Shown: positions 28,616-38,634 of the stretch, piece by piece
Layout: each line of letters opens with the position of its first letter
Position numbering within the stretch: the first letter of the stretch is position 1
Assembly: GCA_050633305.1 (NCBI GenBank)
Contig: JBOEGF010000020.1
Coordinates: 96,312 to 160,311, forward strand
DNA length: 64,000 nt
Direction: 5' to 3'
DNA from: Nannocystales bacterium
GTDB lineage: Bacteria > Myxococcota_A > Polyangia > Nannocystales > Nannocystaceae
Made by a program: the position numbers and the translations under genes
Notes under the pieces: model-generated
What the model was told of the DNA's origin: nothing
Database searches by the model: none
The model's input: the letters and a program-made list of their open reading frames with translations, nothing else

Positions 28616-29859
28616 AGCACCTCGATCTCGTAGCGGAACGTGTAGAAGTCGTCGCGGTTGGTGACCGTCCACGCCCCTTCGCCAAACGGCGGGTTGGAGG
28701 CGATGTTGGTGGTCTCATCGAAGTCGCTGATCGATGGGGGGGAGTCGCCCGTGACCAACGGGCCGAGCATGTTGTGGACCTTCACCTCGATGCGCAGCTC
28801 GTTCGACGACGACACCTCGAGCTCGAGGACCCACCCAAGCTGGAGCACGTCTCCCTCCACGACGACCGCACGATCGATGGCTCCTGCCTCGACCCCATTC
28901 ACGTTCGCGATGATCGTCCAAAGCCCCTGATCTCCCTCGATGAACGCAGCGTCGAGCACTTTGAGGGTCTTGAACGTGATGCGCAACGACACGGGCTTGC
29001 TGCCCTTGACCCCCTTGAAGCCCGCTTCGATGAGGTTGTCCTTGATGAAGTGGGGCTTGACGAGCACGTCCCCGTCGACGACGAAGCTGCTGGAGTTGGA
29101 GCCGTCGGTGAACGCAGCACAGTCGAACCCTGCATCGAGGAGCTTGTCGCGCAGGGCGGAAAGCTGCCCCGGAGCATCGCTCCTGCTTGCGACCACCAAC
29201 AACAACTTCGTCGAACTGCTCGCGGCCACGGCGCAGAACTCGTTGGGGTCCTCGACGTCAATCTGCCTGAAGTGACGGCTGTTGCGCTGGGTGCAATCGG
29301 TCCACGCTTCGTCGGTTTCGGGGATGCTCGTATTGCTGGCGTCCGAGAGGTACCGGTTCCCCACGCCGCTGGGCAGCCCCACGCCCGTGACGGGATTGGT
29401 GATGATGAGCGGTCCTAGACCCCCCATTCCCTCGTAGATGTCGTCGGGTGGATTTCCGAGGTAGCACGTGTACCGATCACCGTTCCGCGAGCGGCCAAAG
29501 AAGTATCGCTTCTCCCCCTTGATAGGATCTTCGGGAAACGTGACACCACCTTGACGAATGGATCCTTGGCCTTCGACCCGCGTCGGGGTGAGAGGGCCCG
29601 TCGCAGCCGATCCATACAACCCGCCAGGCCCGAACAGCTGGCCATTGATGCACACGCGAACGCTGGGGAGTTGCTCTTTTGACAGCTCGGTCCACGTGCG
29701 TTCGTCGGTGCGACGCAAGACGTCGATCGCATGGGTCTTGGCATCGAGGACGGCGTACAAGAAGTCTCCGTCCTCAAACAACCCAAAGCCATCGTCGAGA
29801 TGGTCGCGAATCGACGCGAACGTCGCCCCCGAGATCGCGAGCTTGGTGGGTTCTGCCAC
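28612..29859 (-). CDS. phosphodiester glycosidase (NAGPA/DUF2233)-like protein with C-terminal beta-sandwich
   Basis: INGQLF, GGLGPLI, LLLVV, LRDKL...GFDCAAFTDGSNS (variant of LDGGGS). Confidence 0.65.
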   Translation of the reverse strand: MAEPTKLAISGATFASIRDHLDDGFGLFEDGDFLYAVLDAKTHAIDVLRRTDERTWTELSKEQLPSVRVCINGQLFGPGGLYGSAATGPLTPTRVEGQGSIRQGGVTFPEDPIKGEKRYFFGRSRNGDRYTCYLGNPPDDIYEGMGGLGPLIITNPVTGVGLPSGVGNRYLSDASNTSIPETDEAWTDCTQRNSRHFRQIDVEDPNEFCAVAASSSTKLLLVVASRSDAPGQLSALRDKLLDAGFDCAAFTDGSNSSSFVVDGDVLVKPHFIKDNLIEAGFKGVKGSKPVSLRITFKTLKVLDAAFIEGDQGLWTIIANVNGVEAGAIDRAVVVEGDVLQLGWVLELEVSSSNELRIEVKVHNMLGPLVTGDSPPSISDFDETTNIASNPPFGEGAWTVTNRDDFYTFRYEIEVL

Positions 29860-29861
29860 CG

Positions 29862-30386
29862 CTAGGTCCCCCCCACGCACGTCAGTTCAGGAATGAGGTG
29901 CTCGACGTCTCGCCACTCGATCGGCAGCGGCAAGAACGGTGGAGCCAGGGTATGCCCGTCGATCTCGACCGACCGTTCGGAACGGGAGAAGCGATCGAAG
30001 CAGACGCGGTGTGCGTAGTACTTGCCCGTATTCTTCCTCAGTGCCACATGCTCGAGTTCGACGCCAGCCACGGCCGTGTGGGGGTCTTCACTCATGGTCA
30101 TGACAATGCGGGCGGTGGCGAGGGTATTGACGACGATCAAGATCAACCCCGTGACCCACACAGGCACGACTCGCTTGGGCTTGGCCGCGACCCACAGCCC
30201 GAGTACCACGAGCGTGCCCAAGTGGATCGCGTACCGCACCCCGTCGGAATGGTGCGCCGTGAACACGCTTGCGATGCTCACGTTCTCGTGCACACTCCAG
30301 TCCCCCGCCACAACGGCGCCCACGGCCAGCGACGTCAAGAGCACAGGGAGCCAAACGCTGGGCCGCGGTGCCGCCTCGCGACTCAT
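29862..30386 (-). CDS. small membrane protein (3 TM), candidate immunity protein
   Basis: Three hydrophobic segments; ATGA overlap with upstream gene. Confidence 0.7.
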   Translation of the reverse strand: MSREAAPRPSVWLPVLLTSLAVGAVVAGDWSVHENVSIASVFTAHHSDGVRYAIHLGTLVVLGLWVAAKPKRVVPVWVTGLILIVVNTLATARIVMTMSEDPHTAVAGVELEHVALRKNTGKYYAHRVCFDRFSRSERSVEIDGHTLAPPFLPLPIEWRDVEHLIPELTCVGGT

Positions 30387-30967
30387 GCTCCCCCCTTCGT
30401 GTAGCTGAAGTCGCCCGAACGTGCGTGAAGCTCGTCGTACTCCTGCGGCGTCCATGTGGGCATCAACTCCATCGCGTTGACGATTCGATGCTGGATCCCA
30501 CGCGCCTGTTCATAGAAGAAACCTTGCTGATCCGATGCCACGTCCTCGAGGCCGTCGACGAACGCGGTCATGTTGTCGAACTGCGCCTGCAAGGAGTCGA
30601 CGAGCGCCGCGATCGTCTCGGCGCGTCTCAGCTCGAAGGTCAACAGCTGGAGCGCCCCGTCGAGCAGGTACGAGATGCGGCCGCACGCCTTGGCATCAGC
30701 AAGCGGCGGGACCTCTACGAACACCGTGCTTCCGTGTACGGCGAAGCGATCCTCGGAGATCTCTTGCCCGTCGATACCCACGCAGATGCGTCCCTGCGGC
30801 GCGTGCGGCAGCTCGAGCACGATGGACGGATTGGCCTCGGGCAGTTGCTCGAGTCCTCCCGCGTGCGTGGGTTTGGGGATCAAACGAACCTGGGGCACGA
30901 CCAGCGTGTTGAGGCTGTTCGACGCGACGGACATCGTCATGGGTGCTGGGGGTTCGGCCATCGTCAT
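30383..30967 (-). CDS. hypothetical protein
   Basis: ATGA-coupled on both sides; beta-rich N-terminal half, helical C-terminal half. Confidence 0.75.
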   Translation of the reverse strand: MTMAEPPAPMTMSVASNSLNTLVVPQVRLIPKPTHAGGLEQLPEANPSIVLELPHAPQGRICVGIDGQEISEDRFAVHGSTVFVEVPPLADAKACGRISYLLDGALQLLTFELRRAETIAALVDSLQAQFDNMTAFVDGLEDVASDQQGFFYEQARGIQHRIVNAMELMPTWTPQEYDELHARSGDFSYTKGGA

Positions 30968-31608
30968 GCTCCGTGGGCGAACAAGAGGTCTTCGCGAGCT
31001 TTGTCGGACAGCGGCTCGTCAACCGCGGGCAAGCCCCTGGCCTCACGAAACCGCCCCATGGCCCGGGCGAGATCAGCGGGGCCATCACCTTGGGGCCCCT
31101 CGTGCATGAATCCCAGGTTGTACAGCCGAGCCCGCACGCCCTCATCGGTTTCAACGGGCTCAAGCGTGCCGACCTGCAACGTGATCGAGACGGAAACGTC
31201 TTCGTCGATCTCGAGCAGGAGCTGGGCCTGACGGGCTTCAACCTCGATGTCGTGGCGAACGCGACCGCTGGGATCGACGATGCCTTCGTGGTCGACCCCG
31301 TCGACGCTCAGCGTGTAGCGCGTGCCCGCCAGGCTCGCGCCGCTGGGATCTTGCAGTGCAAGCACCAACTCGCGCCGTACGGGGGCGAGCTCGAATACGG
31401 TTTGCGCATCGACCCGTGCCTCGTCCGTGCGAGGCTCGACCTCGGGCACGAACACGGAGTCCCCTTCCGCGAGCACTTCGGGGTCGGGTCGGGTCGTGCG
31501 GAGCTGCGCGTTCTTGGGGTGCTCGAACACGCGGCGCCACTGACGAAAACCATGGGCACGGGCGATGGTCTGGATCGTATCGCCCGCTTTCACGTGGTGG
31601 ATCGGCAT
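30964..31608 (-). CDS. LysM plus peptidoglycan-binding domain protein
   Basis: HHVKAGDTIQTIA..HGF..W..VF.HP.N..L...P.VL..GD.V.VP; C-terminal RARLYNLGF...A..RF....GL. Confidence 0.88.
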   Translation of the reverse strand: MPIHHVKAGDTIQTIARAHGFRQWRRVFEHPKNAQLRTTRPDPEVLAEGDSVFVPEVEPRTDEARVDAQTVFELAPVRRELVLALQDPSGASLAGTRYTLSVDGVDHEGIVDPSGRVRHDIEVEARQAQLLLEIDEDVSVSITLQVGTLEPVETDEGVRARLYNLGFMHEGPQGDGPADLARAMGRFREARGLPAVDEPLSDKAREDLLFAHGA

Positions 31609-31616
31609 GGGCTCGC

Positions 31617-31787
31617 TCAAGCAGCAGACGGTGGATTGACGAGGAGTCGACCGCCTGTGGCAAACTCGATTGGGGGAGACACTTCGACCCGTCCACGAAG
31701 CTCGAGCGCCCGCTGTGCGCCAGGGCTCGACTTGCCCCTTCGGATCGTCTGGATCGTCTCGCCAGCTTTGACCGTGTGCGCTGGCAT
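31617..31787 (-). pseudogene. internally deleted LysM gene remnant
   Basis: GAGGTG RBS, MPAHTVKAGETIQTI (first 15 aa of a LysM paralog) joined to an unrelated 41-aa tail whose stop lies just before the next gene. Confidence 0.7.
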
Positions 31788-31797
31788 TCGAACACCT

Positions 31798-32538
31798 CTA
31801 GACAACGGAAGGCGGCTGGGTGACGACGAGACGCCCGATGCTTGCGAATTCGAGGTCGGGAATGAAGATGCGCCCGGACGCATCGGTCGTGCCCGATTCC
31901 GCAGCGCCCCCCGGCAGCTCGAACTCCCACTGTGCACCCGCGACGGGCTGGCCCTCCTCGTCCGTCACGACAACATCGACGAACGGAAGCTCGGGCGCTG
32001 GTGGTCCCGGTCGCGCGACCCAATCGCCCTTGTCGATGTGCGGGAAGGAGACACGACACACACCGTATGCGACAGGATCGTGATGCGCTCGCCCATCGTC
32101 GTCGAGGGTTCCACGGAACTCCTCGAAGTCGGGCGAGATGATGCGGTACGGCTCGTTCGCAACAGACGCCCCATCTTGCTCGAACAGGGCGATGTCCACG
32201 AATCCCGTGCGAGGCTGTGCTGAGGGCTGGTGTGGAGGCAGCAGGTCCTTGAGGTCCTGTATCGGTGGCTCGTCGAAGACGGGCACCTGCGGCTTCGTCT
32301 TGAGCGCGACGACGTGCTCCGAGGCGAGACCTGTGGCGAGCCAGCTCTCGAGTTCCTCGACCGACGCCTCAGGGCGTCCCAGCGCAGCTCGAATCTGCTC
32401 GACGTTGGCCGCGTCTTCGAGGATGCGTCTGGCCAGGCTCTCAGCCTGGCCCTGCGACGCGACCCGCAGCTTGTGCTTCCAACTGATGAGGTAGCCGTAG
32501 CCGTTGCGCGTCTTCAGACGCTTCGGATCCCCCAGCAC
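31798..32538 (-). CDS. hypothetical protein with two carboxypeptidase-regulatory-like beta-sandwich repeats (type seen near VgrG/effector loci)
   Basis: 2x FVD....E.G..VA...(Y/W)....P.....GT.D..GR. Confidence 0.75.
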   Translation of the reverse strand: MLGDPKRLKTRNGYGYLISWKHKLRVASQGQAESLARRILEDAANVEQIRAALGRPEASVEELESWLATGLASEHVVALKTKPQVPVFDEPPIQDLKDLLPPHQPSAQPRTGFVDIALFEQDGASVANEPYRIISPDFEEFRGTLDDDGRAHHDPVAYGVCRVSFPHIDKGDWVARPGPPAPELPFVDVVVTDEEGQPVAGAQWEFELPGGAAESGTTDASGRIFIPDLEFASIGRLVVTQPPSVV

Positions 32539-32564
32539 GCGATCATTGAGTCACACTGTCTTTG

Positions 32565-32707
32565 GCAGGGCAAGCGGCATCGCGCGCCGGGGACATACGC
32601 CCGCGCCTCGGTTGTCCCATGAGTTCTCGAAGATCCGCGCTCGCTTCGGGCCCGCTTTTCGCACCCCATCCCTTTGCTCTGCCCCAGTCCGCAGCCGGCC
32701 GATCGCC
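32565..32707 (+). mobile_element. IS91/ISCR-family relic E, inverted and diverged, lacking tnp codons and the ori terminus
   Basis: GCGCTCGCTTCGGGCCCGCTTTTCGCACCCCATCCCTTTGCTCTGCCCCAGTCC matches the reverse complement of the A/B/C core; left boundary approximate. Confidence 0.7.
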
Positions 32708-32709
32708 CG

Positions 32710-33452
32710 CGGGGCTATCCCGCCTGCTCGTCGGGTCCCTCGTGGAGCTCTCCGTGCTCACACGGCTGCGCGGGGACATCGAGTCCACGCTCGAGGTGCT
32801 GGGCCGTGCGGGTGCCATCACGGCCGAGGCCCAGGTGCCAGCCTCGGTCCTCCGAAGCTACACGTTGGAACACGCAAGCGTGCTCGCCGAGCTCGGCGAG
32901 ACGGAGCGCGCAGGCTCGCTTCTGTCGAGGTTTTCCCAGCTCGACTCCGCGCTCGCCAAGGCTCGGCTCGACGTGCTGCGCTTCACCGGCGATTCGGCCC
33001 AGCCCGTGGACTACACGGAACTGCAGGCGGTGCTCGAGCGAAGCCCGTTCGTATTCTCGATCCCGCTCGCCATCGCCCTGGCGCGAGCGTATCTCCGTGC
33101 AGACCGACCCGAGCTCGCCCACGACGTACTCGCCGCACGGGCACGCTGGTTCACGCGTCATTATCCCCTGCTGCCCGACACACTCGAGGCACGGCTGACG
33201 TTCGGCTGGGTGCTGCACGACCTTGACCGGTACGACGAAGCGGACCTCGAGTTCCGGGCCGTGCGCACGGCACATCCCAACGCGTGGGCGTCCGCGTGGG
33301 CGGCGGTCGGATCCGCCTCGGTGGCGCGGGCGCTGGGCAGGCGCGTCGAGCAGACGACGCTGTCCGAAGCTCACGCCTCACTGCTCGAAGCCCCCGCCGG
33401 CTGGGACTTCGAGCGCCGCCGTGCGACGGAGCTCGTCACGGCCGCCCCATAA
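32710..33452 (+). pseudogene. 5'-truncated TPR-like helical repeat protein
   Basis: Helical repeats (LARAYLRADRPELA, FGWVLHDLDRYDEA); the frame begins inside relic E with no credible start. Confidence 0.55.
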
Positions 33453-33532
33453 GGTGAGCGAGGTGCGGACACCCCCGCCCCTTCCACCCGCCAGCACGCC
33501 CGTGCCGGGTCAGCCTCGTGCTGCCCTGACGT

Positions 33533-34153
33533 TCAAGAGATGAGCCCTTCTTCGCGGGCCAAGTCCTCGAGGGCTGACTTCGACCGCTGGAAGCGCTTGC
33601 GGAAGCGGGCGGCCTGACGCTTCAGGGATGCGTGGTCGACCTCCTCCCCATCCGCGTCGCGCAGAACCTTCGCGATGTCGAGCCATGACATTCTCCGCCC
33701 GATCCGTAGCAGCAGGATGTCTTGATCGAGGGGATCGAGTTGCCGCCGCAAACAGGCGACAGCATCCTTCACCTCGGTCCGCAGGTAGACGGCAGTGGTC
33801 GAGCGCACCTGGTTCGCCACGCCGTTGACGACGGAATCGGAAAGGGGCAAAGGAGCCCGGCGCTGGGCGGGCCTACGCTGGATCGTGACCAGGGCGTTGC
33901 GCGCGAGCACGTATAGCCACGTCCGCAAGGTCGACTCCCAGCGGAATCTCGGCAGTCCTCGCCATAGGTGCTCGCAGAACAGTGAGAACGCATCATCGGC
34001 AAGGGTGGCGTCATGGGTTCGGGCTACCAGGTAGCTCAGAATCTCCGACCCATATGCCGCGAGCACACGACGGGTTGCGTCTGCGTGGTCCCCTGCGTCA
34101 CACGCCGTCCGCACGGCGCCCTCGAGGGCCTCGCGGTCGGCAGCGGGCAGCAC
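33533..34153 (-). CDS. ECF sigma-70 factor linked to a Ser/Thr kinase
   Basis: YGSEILSYL, ADDAF, LWRGLPRFRWESTLRTWLYVLARN, region 4 LDPLDQDILLLR...SWLDIA. Confidence 0.88.
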   Translation of the reverse strand: MLPAADREALEGAVRTACDAGDHADATRRVLAAYGSEILSYLVARTHDATLADDAFSLFCEHLWRGLPRFRWESTLRTWLYVLARNALVTIQRRPAQRRAPLPLSDSVVNGVANQVRSTTAVYLRTEVKDAVACLRRQLDPLDQDILLLRIGRRMSWLDIAKVLRDADGEEVDHASLKRQAARFRKRFQRSKSALEDLAREEGLIS

Positions 34154-34211
34154 GTGAAGATCGTAGCACCCTCGGCCTCGAAGGAGTAGGAACCCGAGAA
34201 ATTGATGCCAG

Positions 34212-37200
34212 TTATTTGGGTCTTTTGGCGAGCCAGCCCTCGACTTCGGCTCGGATGTCTTCATGAGGGCCGCCGACTTCGACCAAGGCGTCAAGCGCCT
34301 GCGCTGCCAGAGCACGGGCCCTGTCCCGCTGGGACGGCTCGCTCCACAGCGCGCGAGCGAGAATGAAGCGTGCCTTGGCGAGCTGCTCGGGCGCCACCGG
34401 ATGGCTCTCGCGAATCGAGAGGGCTCGCTCGGCATGGGCGCGAGCGCCCTCGAAGTCCCCCTCGGCCAACGCGACCTTGGCGAGGCTCGACAAGGGATAA
34501 GCGACAGCGGGGTGGTCGGCTCCTCGCGTCTGCTCATCGACCCGCACCGCTCGCTCGAGATAGCCCCGAGCCTGCTCGTAGTCTCCCTCGGCCATGAGCC
34601 CGTGGCCCAGGTTGTTCAGGATCGAGGCCACCATGGGGTGATTGGGTCCGAGCGATTTCTGCGAGATCGCCAAGGCTCGCTCGTCATGACGACGAGCCTC
34701 CGCATACTTCTGTTGGGCCCCCAGCGAGACGGCCAGGCTGGTGAGGGTTCTGGCAACCTCTGGATGCTCGGCCCCCAGGGACGTCTCCACAATGGCCAGG
34801 GCTCGCTCATAGTGACGCACGGCCTGCTCGAGATCCCCCTCGTCATGCGATAGGACGGCCAAGTTGTGCAGGCTATCGGCGACGGCGGAGTGGTCGGGGC
34901 CCAGTGCCTGCTCGCGGATCCGCAGTGCCCGCTCATGGCGGAGGCGACTCTGCGCATACTCTCCTTGCATCTTGAGCGCGCCGCCAAGGTTGCCCAGCGC
35001 GTTGGCGACGCCGGGATGGTCGGCGCCCAGCGATCGTTCACGGATCCGCAAAGCTCGCTCGTAGTGACTTTGCGCCTGCGCGTACTTTGCCTGGTCCATG
35101 AACACGACCCCCATATTGTCCAGACTCGTTGCCACCTTGGGGTGGTCATCGCCCAGCGCCCGCTCGAGGATCTGCAATGCTCGCTGGTGGTGGAGCACGG
35201 CCGGCGCGTAGCGTCCTTGGGCTCGGAACACGACCCCTATGTTGGTGAGGCTGACGGCGACGACGGGGTGGTCAGCGCCCAATGCTTGCTCGCGGATCCG
35301 CAGGGCTCGTTCATGGTGGGAGAGCGCGAGCTCATACTCTCCTTGGTGCCAGAGCACAGTGCCCAGGTTGTTCAGGGAGCTGGCGAGTTCGAGGTGGTCG
35401 GGGCCCAGGGCCGCCTCCAGCATCTCCAACGCTGTCTCGAGATCGCGCCGCGCCGCCTCATACTCTCCTCGGCCGTCGAGAATGGAGGCTCGTCGGTCCA
35501 GGCTCGCAGCGAGCTCGATGGGTTGCTGGCTGCGCTTGGCGTGGGTCACCGCCACCTGTCCCCAGACGCTCCCTTCGGCGTGCCGCTGTCGATCGACCCC
35601 CACCACAGAGGCCAAGTGCTGCGCGGTGTGGAGCGCCACCTCGTCGTGTCGGTGCTCCATTGCCAGCTCGTGAGCCTCTTGCAGGTCCTGCTCCGCCTCT
35701 TCGTACTTGCCCTTCGCCCGTCGGGCGAGGCCCCGAACCTGCTTGGCCTCGGCCACCAAAGGCCCGTACCCGAGCCCTTCGGCGTCCTGCACGACGCGCT
35801 CCGCCTCTTCTAGCGAGGAGCGGTACTTGCCGGCATTCTTGGCGGCCACCACGTCGGCAAGGCGCTCGCGCAGCGCCTCGACCTCTCGTCTCACCGCGGG
35901 GTCCTCGGGGGGTGGAACCGTGGCGCGGAGAGCCTCGAGGTCGTCGCAGCGGTCGACCCCCGGTAGCCCGGTCGTCAGCTCGACGGCGTTCTCCACCGCC
36001 TGGGCATCCGCTCGGGCCAACACGTCCACGGTGGCTCGCAGCGTCCGCGAGCGTTCGTGCATGCAGTCCAGCCGCAGCCGCCGATCTCGCGTCGCCTGGG
36101 CGTCCTCGGTACTCGCCTCGCACGCGACGGTGTGCATGCTCGCCCACGCATCGGCATAGTCGTCCAGCCGCTGCTCCACGCGCTGCCACGTGCCTGGCGC
36201 GTAGTTGAGCCCCGTTCCCAGGATGGCCGCCTTCACCTCTGCGCGCCGTCCGTCGTCCCAGATGTTGGCCAGGTGACGATGCGGATCGGTGCAGCGCTCG
36301 CGCTCTTCGACGACCGACCCCAGCGCCAGCCCTCCGCCCACACCCAGTCCCCCGACCACCAGGCTCGGCAACATCCATCGGCGGGCGCGAGGGACGAGCT
36401 CCCGGCCCAGCTGCTCCAGCAGCGCGTCCATCGATGGCCATCGCTCGCCGGGCTTCGGCGCCAACCCGCGCAGCACGACCCGGCGTAGTCGCAGAGAAAC
36501 GCGGGCCCCCGAGGGGGGCGCCCCGATCTCGCCCTGGTTGACCGCCAGCGCCAGTTGGTCGATCGAGTGCGCCGCGAACGGTCGCTCCCCATACATCGCC
36601 TCGTACAGCGACACGCAGAAGCTGAACTGATCGGCTCGCGCATCGACCTGAGCCCCATTGAACTGCTCTGGAGCCATGTAGACCGGTGTACCCATCACCG
36701 CACCGGCCAATGTAAAGCTCTCGGCACTCGTCGACCGCGAACCAAGGTTGCGTACGGTGGGCTGCGATGGCTCGGTCACGGGGCGAGCCAGCCCAAAGTC
36801 GACGACCCGCGGCACTCCGTCTGCGTCCACCAGCACGTTCTCAGGCTTGAAGTCGCGGTGGACCAGGCCCGCCCGATGAGCCGCCGCCAGGCCCTGGCCC
36901 GCCGCGTGGTACAGCGCCACGATCTCGGTTGGAGTGCGCTCGACTTGGGTCAGCCAGCCGCGGGCCGTGACCCCTTCGATGAACTCCATCGCGATGAAGA
37001 GCATCCCCTCGTGCGTCCCAACCTCATGCACGGTCGCAACATTGGGGTGGGTGAGCTTGGCCATCGAGGCCGCCTCTCGCATCAGCCGCTCGGTCCCTCG
37101 CGCCATGGGGCGGTGCAACTTGAGCGCGACGCTGCGACCGAGTTGGAGATCGCGAGCTCGATAGACGATGCCCATGCCGCCGGCCCCAACCACCTCCTCG

Positions 37201-37370
37201 ATCTCAAACGTGTCGGCGAGGATCGTGCCCGGGGCCAGTCGAGGCGGCAGCCGTAGCTCGACCGGCTCGGCGAAGGGGGCGAACGCGGCGATCTCCGCCG
37301 AGTCCGGCTCGGCCCCGAGCATCCGTGTGTCGAACGAGCCCTCGTCACCTTCTGCTTGAGGCAGCGACAT
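34212..37370 (-). CDS. membrane Ser/Thr protein kinase with C-terminal TPR repeats
   Basis: GAGGMG, VALK, HRDFKPEN, DFG, GTPVYMAPE, TM helix, many LG.DHP.VA..L.NLG repeats. Confidence 0.95.
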   Translation of the reverse strand: MSLPQAEGDEGSFDTRMLGAEPDSAEIAAFAPFAEPVELRLPPRLAPGTILADTFEIEEVVGAGGMGIVYRARDLQLGRSVALKLHRPMARGTERLMREAASMAKLTHPNVATVHEVGTHEGMLFIAMEFIEGVTARGWLTQVERTPTEIVALYHAAGQGLAAAHRAGLVHRDFKPENVLVDADGVPRVVDFGLARPVTEPSQPTVRNLGSRSTSAESFTLAGAVMGTPVYMAPEQFNGAQVDARADQFSFCVSLYEAMYGERPFAAHSIDQLALAVNQGEIGAPPSGARVSLRLRRVVLRGLAPKPGERWPSMDALLEQLGRELVPRARRWMLPSLVVGGLGVGGGLALGSVVEERERCTDPHRHLANIWDDGRRAEVKAAILGTGLNYAPGTWQRVEQRLDDYADAWASMHTVACEASTEDAQATRDRRLRLDCMHERSRTLRATVDVLARADAQAVENAVELTTGLPGVDRCDDLEALRATVPPPEDPAVRREVEALRERLADVVAAKNAGKYRSSLEEAERVVQDAEGLGYGPLVAEAKQVRGLARRAKGKYEEAEQDLQEAHELAMEHRHDEVALHTAQHLASVVGVDRQRHAEGSVWGQVAVTHAKRSQQPIELAASLDRRASILDGRGEYEAARRDLETALEMLEAALGPDHLELASSLNNLGTVLWHQGEYELALSHHERALRIREQALGADHPVVAVSLTNIGVVFRAQGRYAPAVLHHQRALQILERALGDDHPKVATSLDNMGVVFMDQAKYAQAQSHYERALRIRERSLGADHPGVANALGNLGGALKMQGEYAQSRLRHERALRIREQALGPDHSAVADSLHNLAVLSHDEGDLEQAVRHYERALAIVETSLGAEHPEVARTLTSLAVSLGAQQKYAEARRHDERALAISQKSLGPNHPMVASILNNLGHGLMAEGDYEQARGYLERAVRVDEQTRGADHPAVAYPLSSLAKVALAEGDFEGARAHAERALSIRESHPVAPEQLAKARFILARALWSEPSQRDRARALAAQALDALVEVGGPHEDIRAEVEGWLAKRPK

Positions 37371-37794
37371 CGACGCAAGTGTAGCGTCGTGCCGCGGCGG
37401 CCCCAGGGGCCCCCCAGCCGGCCAACGACACCCACGCCTGCCTCGTCCCGGACGCATGTCGCCGAAGTTCGCTCCGGTGCGTTGCACTGGCATACATGGT
37501 CACGGTTGCCACGTTCCCCCGTGCCTTGCTGAGCTCGTCATTCCGCCGTCAGCGACTCTCGGAGTCTGCCTCCTCGGCGCTCCGTCCACGACCCGGCTCC
37601 GGGGTGCGCAGTCCGCTCCACACCGCCGACGTCGAGTTGTTCGCCCTCGTCAGGCGAGTGAGAACAAGAGCAGCTGTCCGGGAGGCTGAGGCCATGGGGG
37701 TGCTCGAGCACCACGATGGCTGCGGACGGGTGACCCACCGTCACCCCGCGTGGTCGTCCTCGTCGCGGGCCCCTTCGGGCCCGACGACGGTCGG

Positions 37795-38406
37795 TCAGTC
37801 ACTCCACAAGCAATAGGTCCTGTAGCCGAAGCTGCTGTTGTAGTACGGGTAGTACAACAGCACGTTCTTGTTTCCGCATCCGGCCGCATAGGCGTGGCAC
37901 TCAGCCTCCGAGTAGAGGCCGCCGGTGGCTGGACCCCGGCCGTAGGTGTCGTAGGGTGATGGATAGTCGCAGACGAGCCCGCAAGACACCTGGATCTGTG
38001 GATCCTCCCCGACGTAGCAGGTCGTCGCGAATGAAACGCCTTCGACGGGCGCAGGCTGGTCGCGAATGGAGGCCCACAGCTCGTGATACGAGTCGTGCAG
38101 ATTCTCGAGGTTGGCGGACACCTGCCCACTGAACGGCTGCGGGTCGGAATCACCGACCCGGATCGTCCCCTCGCCGTCGGAGTGCAGCTCCGCGACGAGC
38201 CCAACTTCACCGTCAGCATCGAACAGCGTGGTTTGCCGCGCCCCGTCGGCGGTCACAGTGGTCACCACTTCCGAGTCCACGTACTCGGTACGAAGGACGG
38301 TGTCGTCGCCGGGTGACGAAGCATCGTCATCGCACGCAACTAAGGACAAACAAAGGACAACGAGTCCGCAGCACGAGCCGCGACTCAGGGAACTGATTCG
38401 TTTCAT
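37795..38406 (-). CDS. hypothetical lipoprotein with small Cys/Tyr-rich C-terminal domain
   Basis: GGAG RBS, lipobox LVAC, six Cys in the last ~76 aa. Confidence 0.8.
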   Translation of the reverse strand: MKRISSLSRGSCCGLVVLCLSLVACDDDASSPGDDTVLRTEYVDSEVVTTVTADGARQTTLFDADGEVGLVAELHSDGEGTIRVGDSDPQPFSGQVSANLENLHDSYHELWASIRDQPAPVEGVSFATTCYVGEDPQIQVSCGLVCDYPSPYDTYGRGPATGGLYSEAECHAYAAGCGNKNVLLYYPYYNSSFGYRTYCLWSD

Positions 38407-38634
38407 CATCATCTCCAAGAGCCGCACGTGCAGCACGGCTCAACCGACATGACGAACGCCGTGCGAAGAACGAACCCGACAATGTGCATTTCGTGCGTGA
38501 AGGACGCCGACCGCAACAGTCGCTCGGGATTTCGTGTGTTGAGTCCGTCGCCGCGGCCGCCCCACACACGGGGCCGTGTTCTTCACGCCACTGTGCCACA
38601 GGCGAAGTACACCTCACCGAGCGCAACGACCTCA

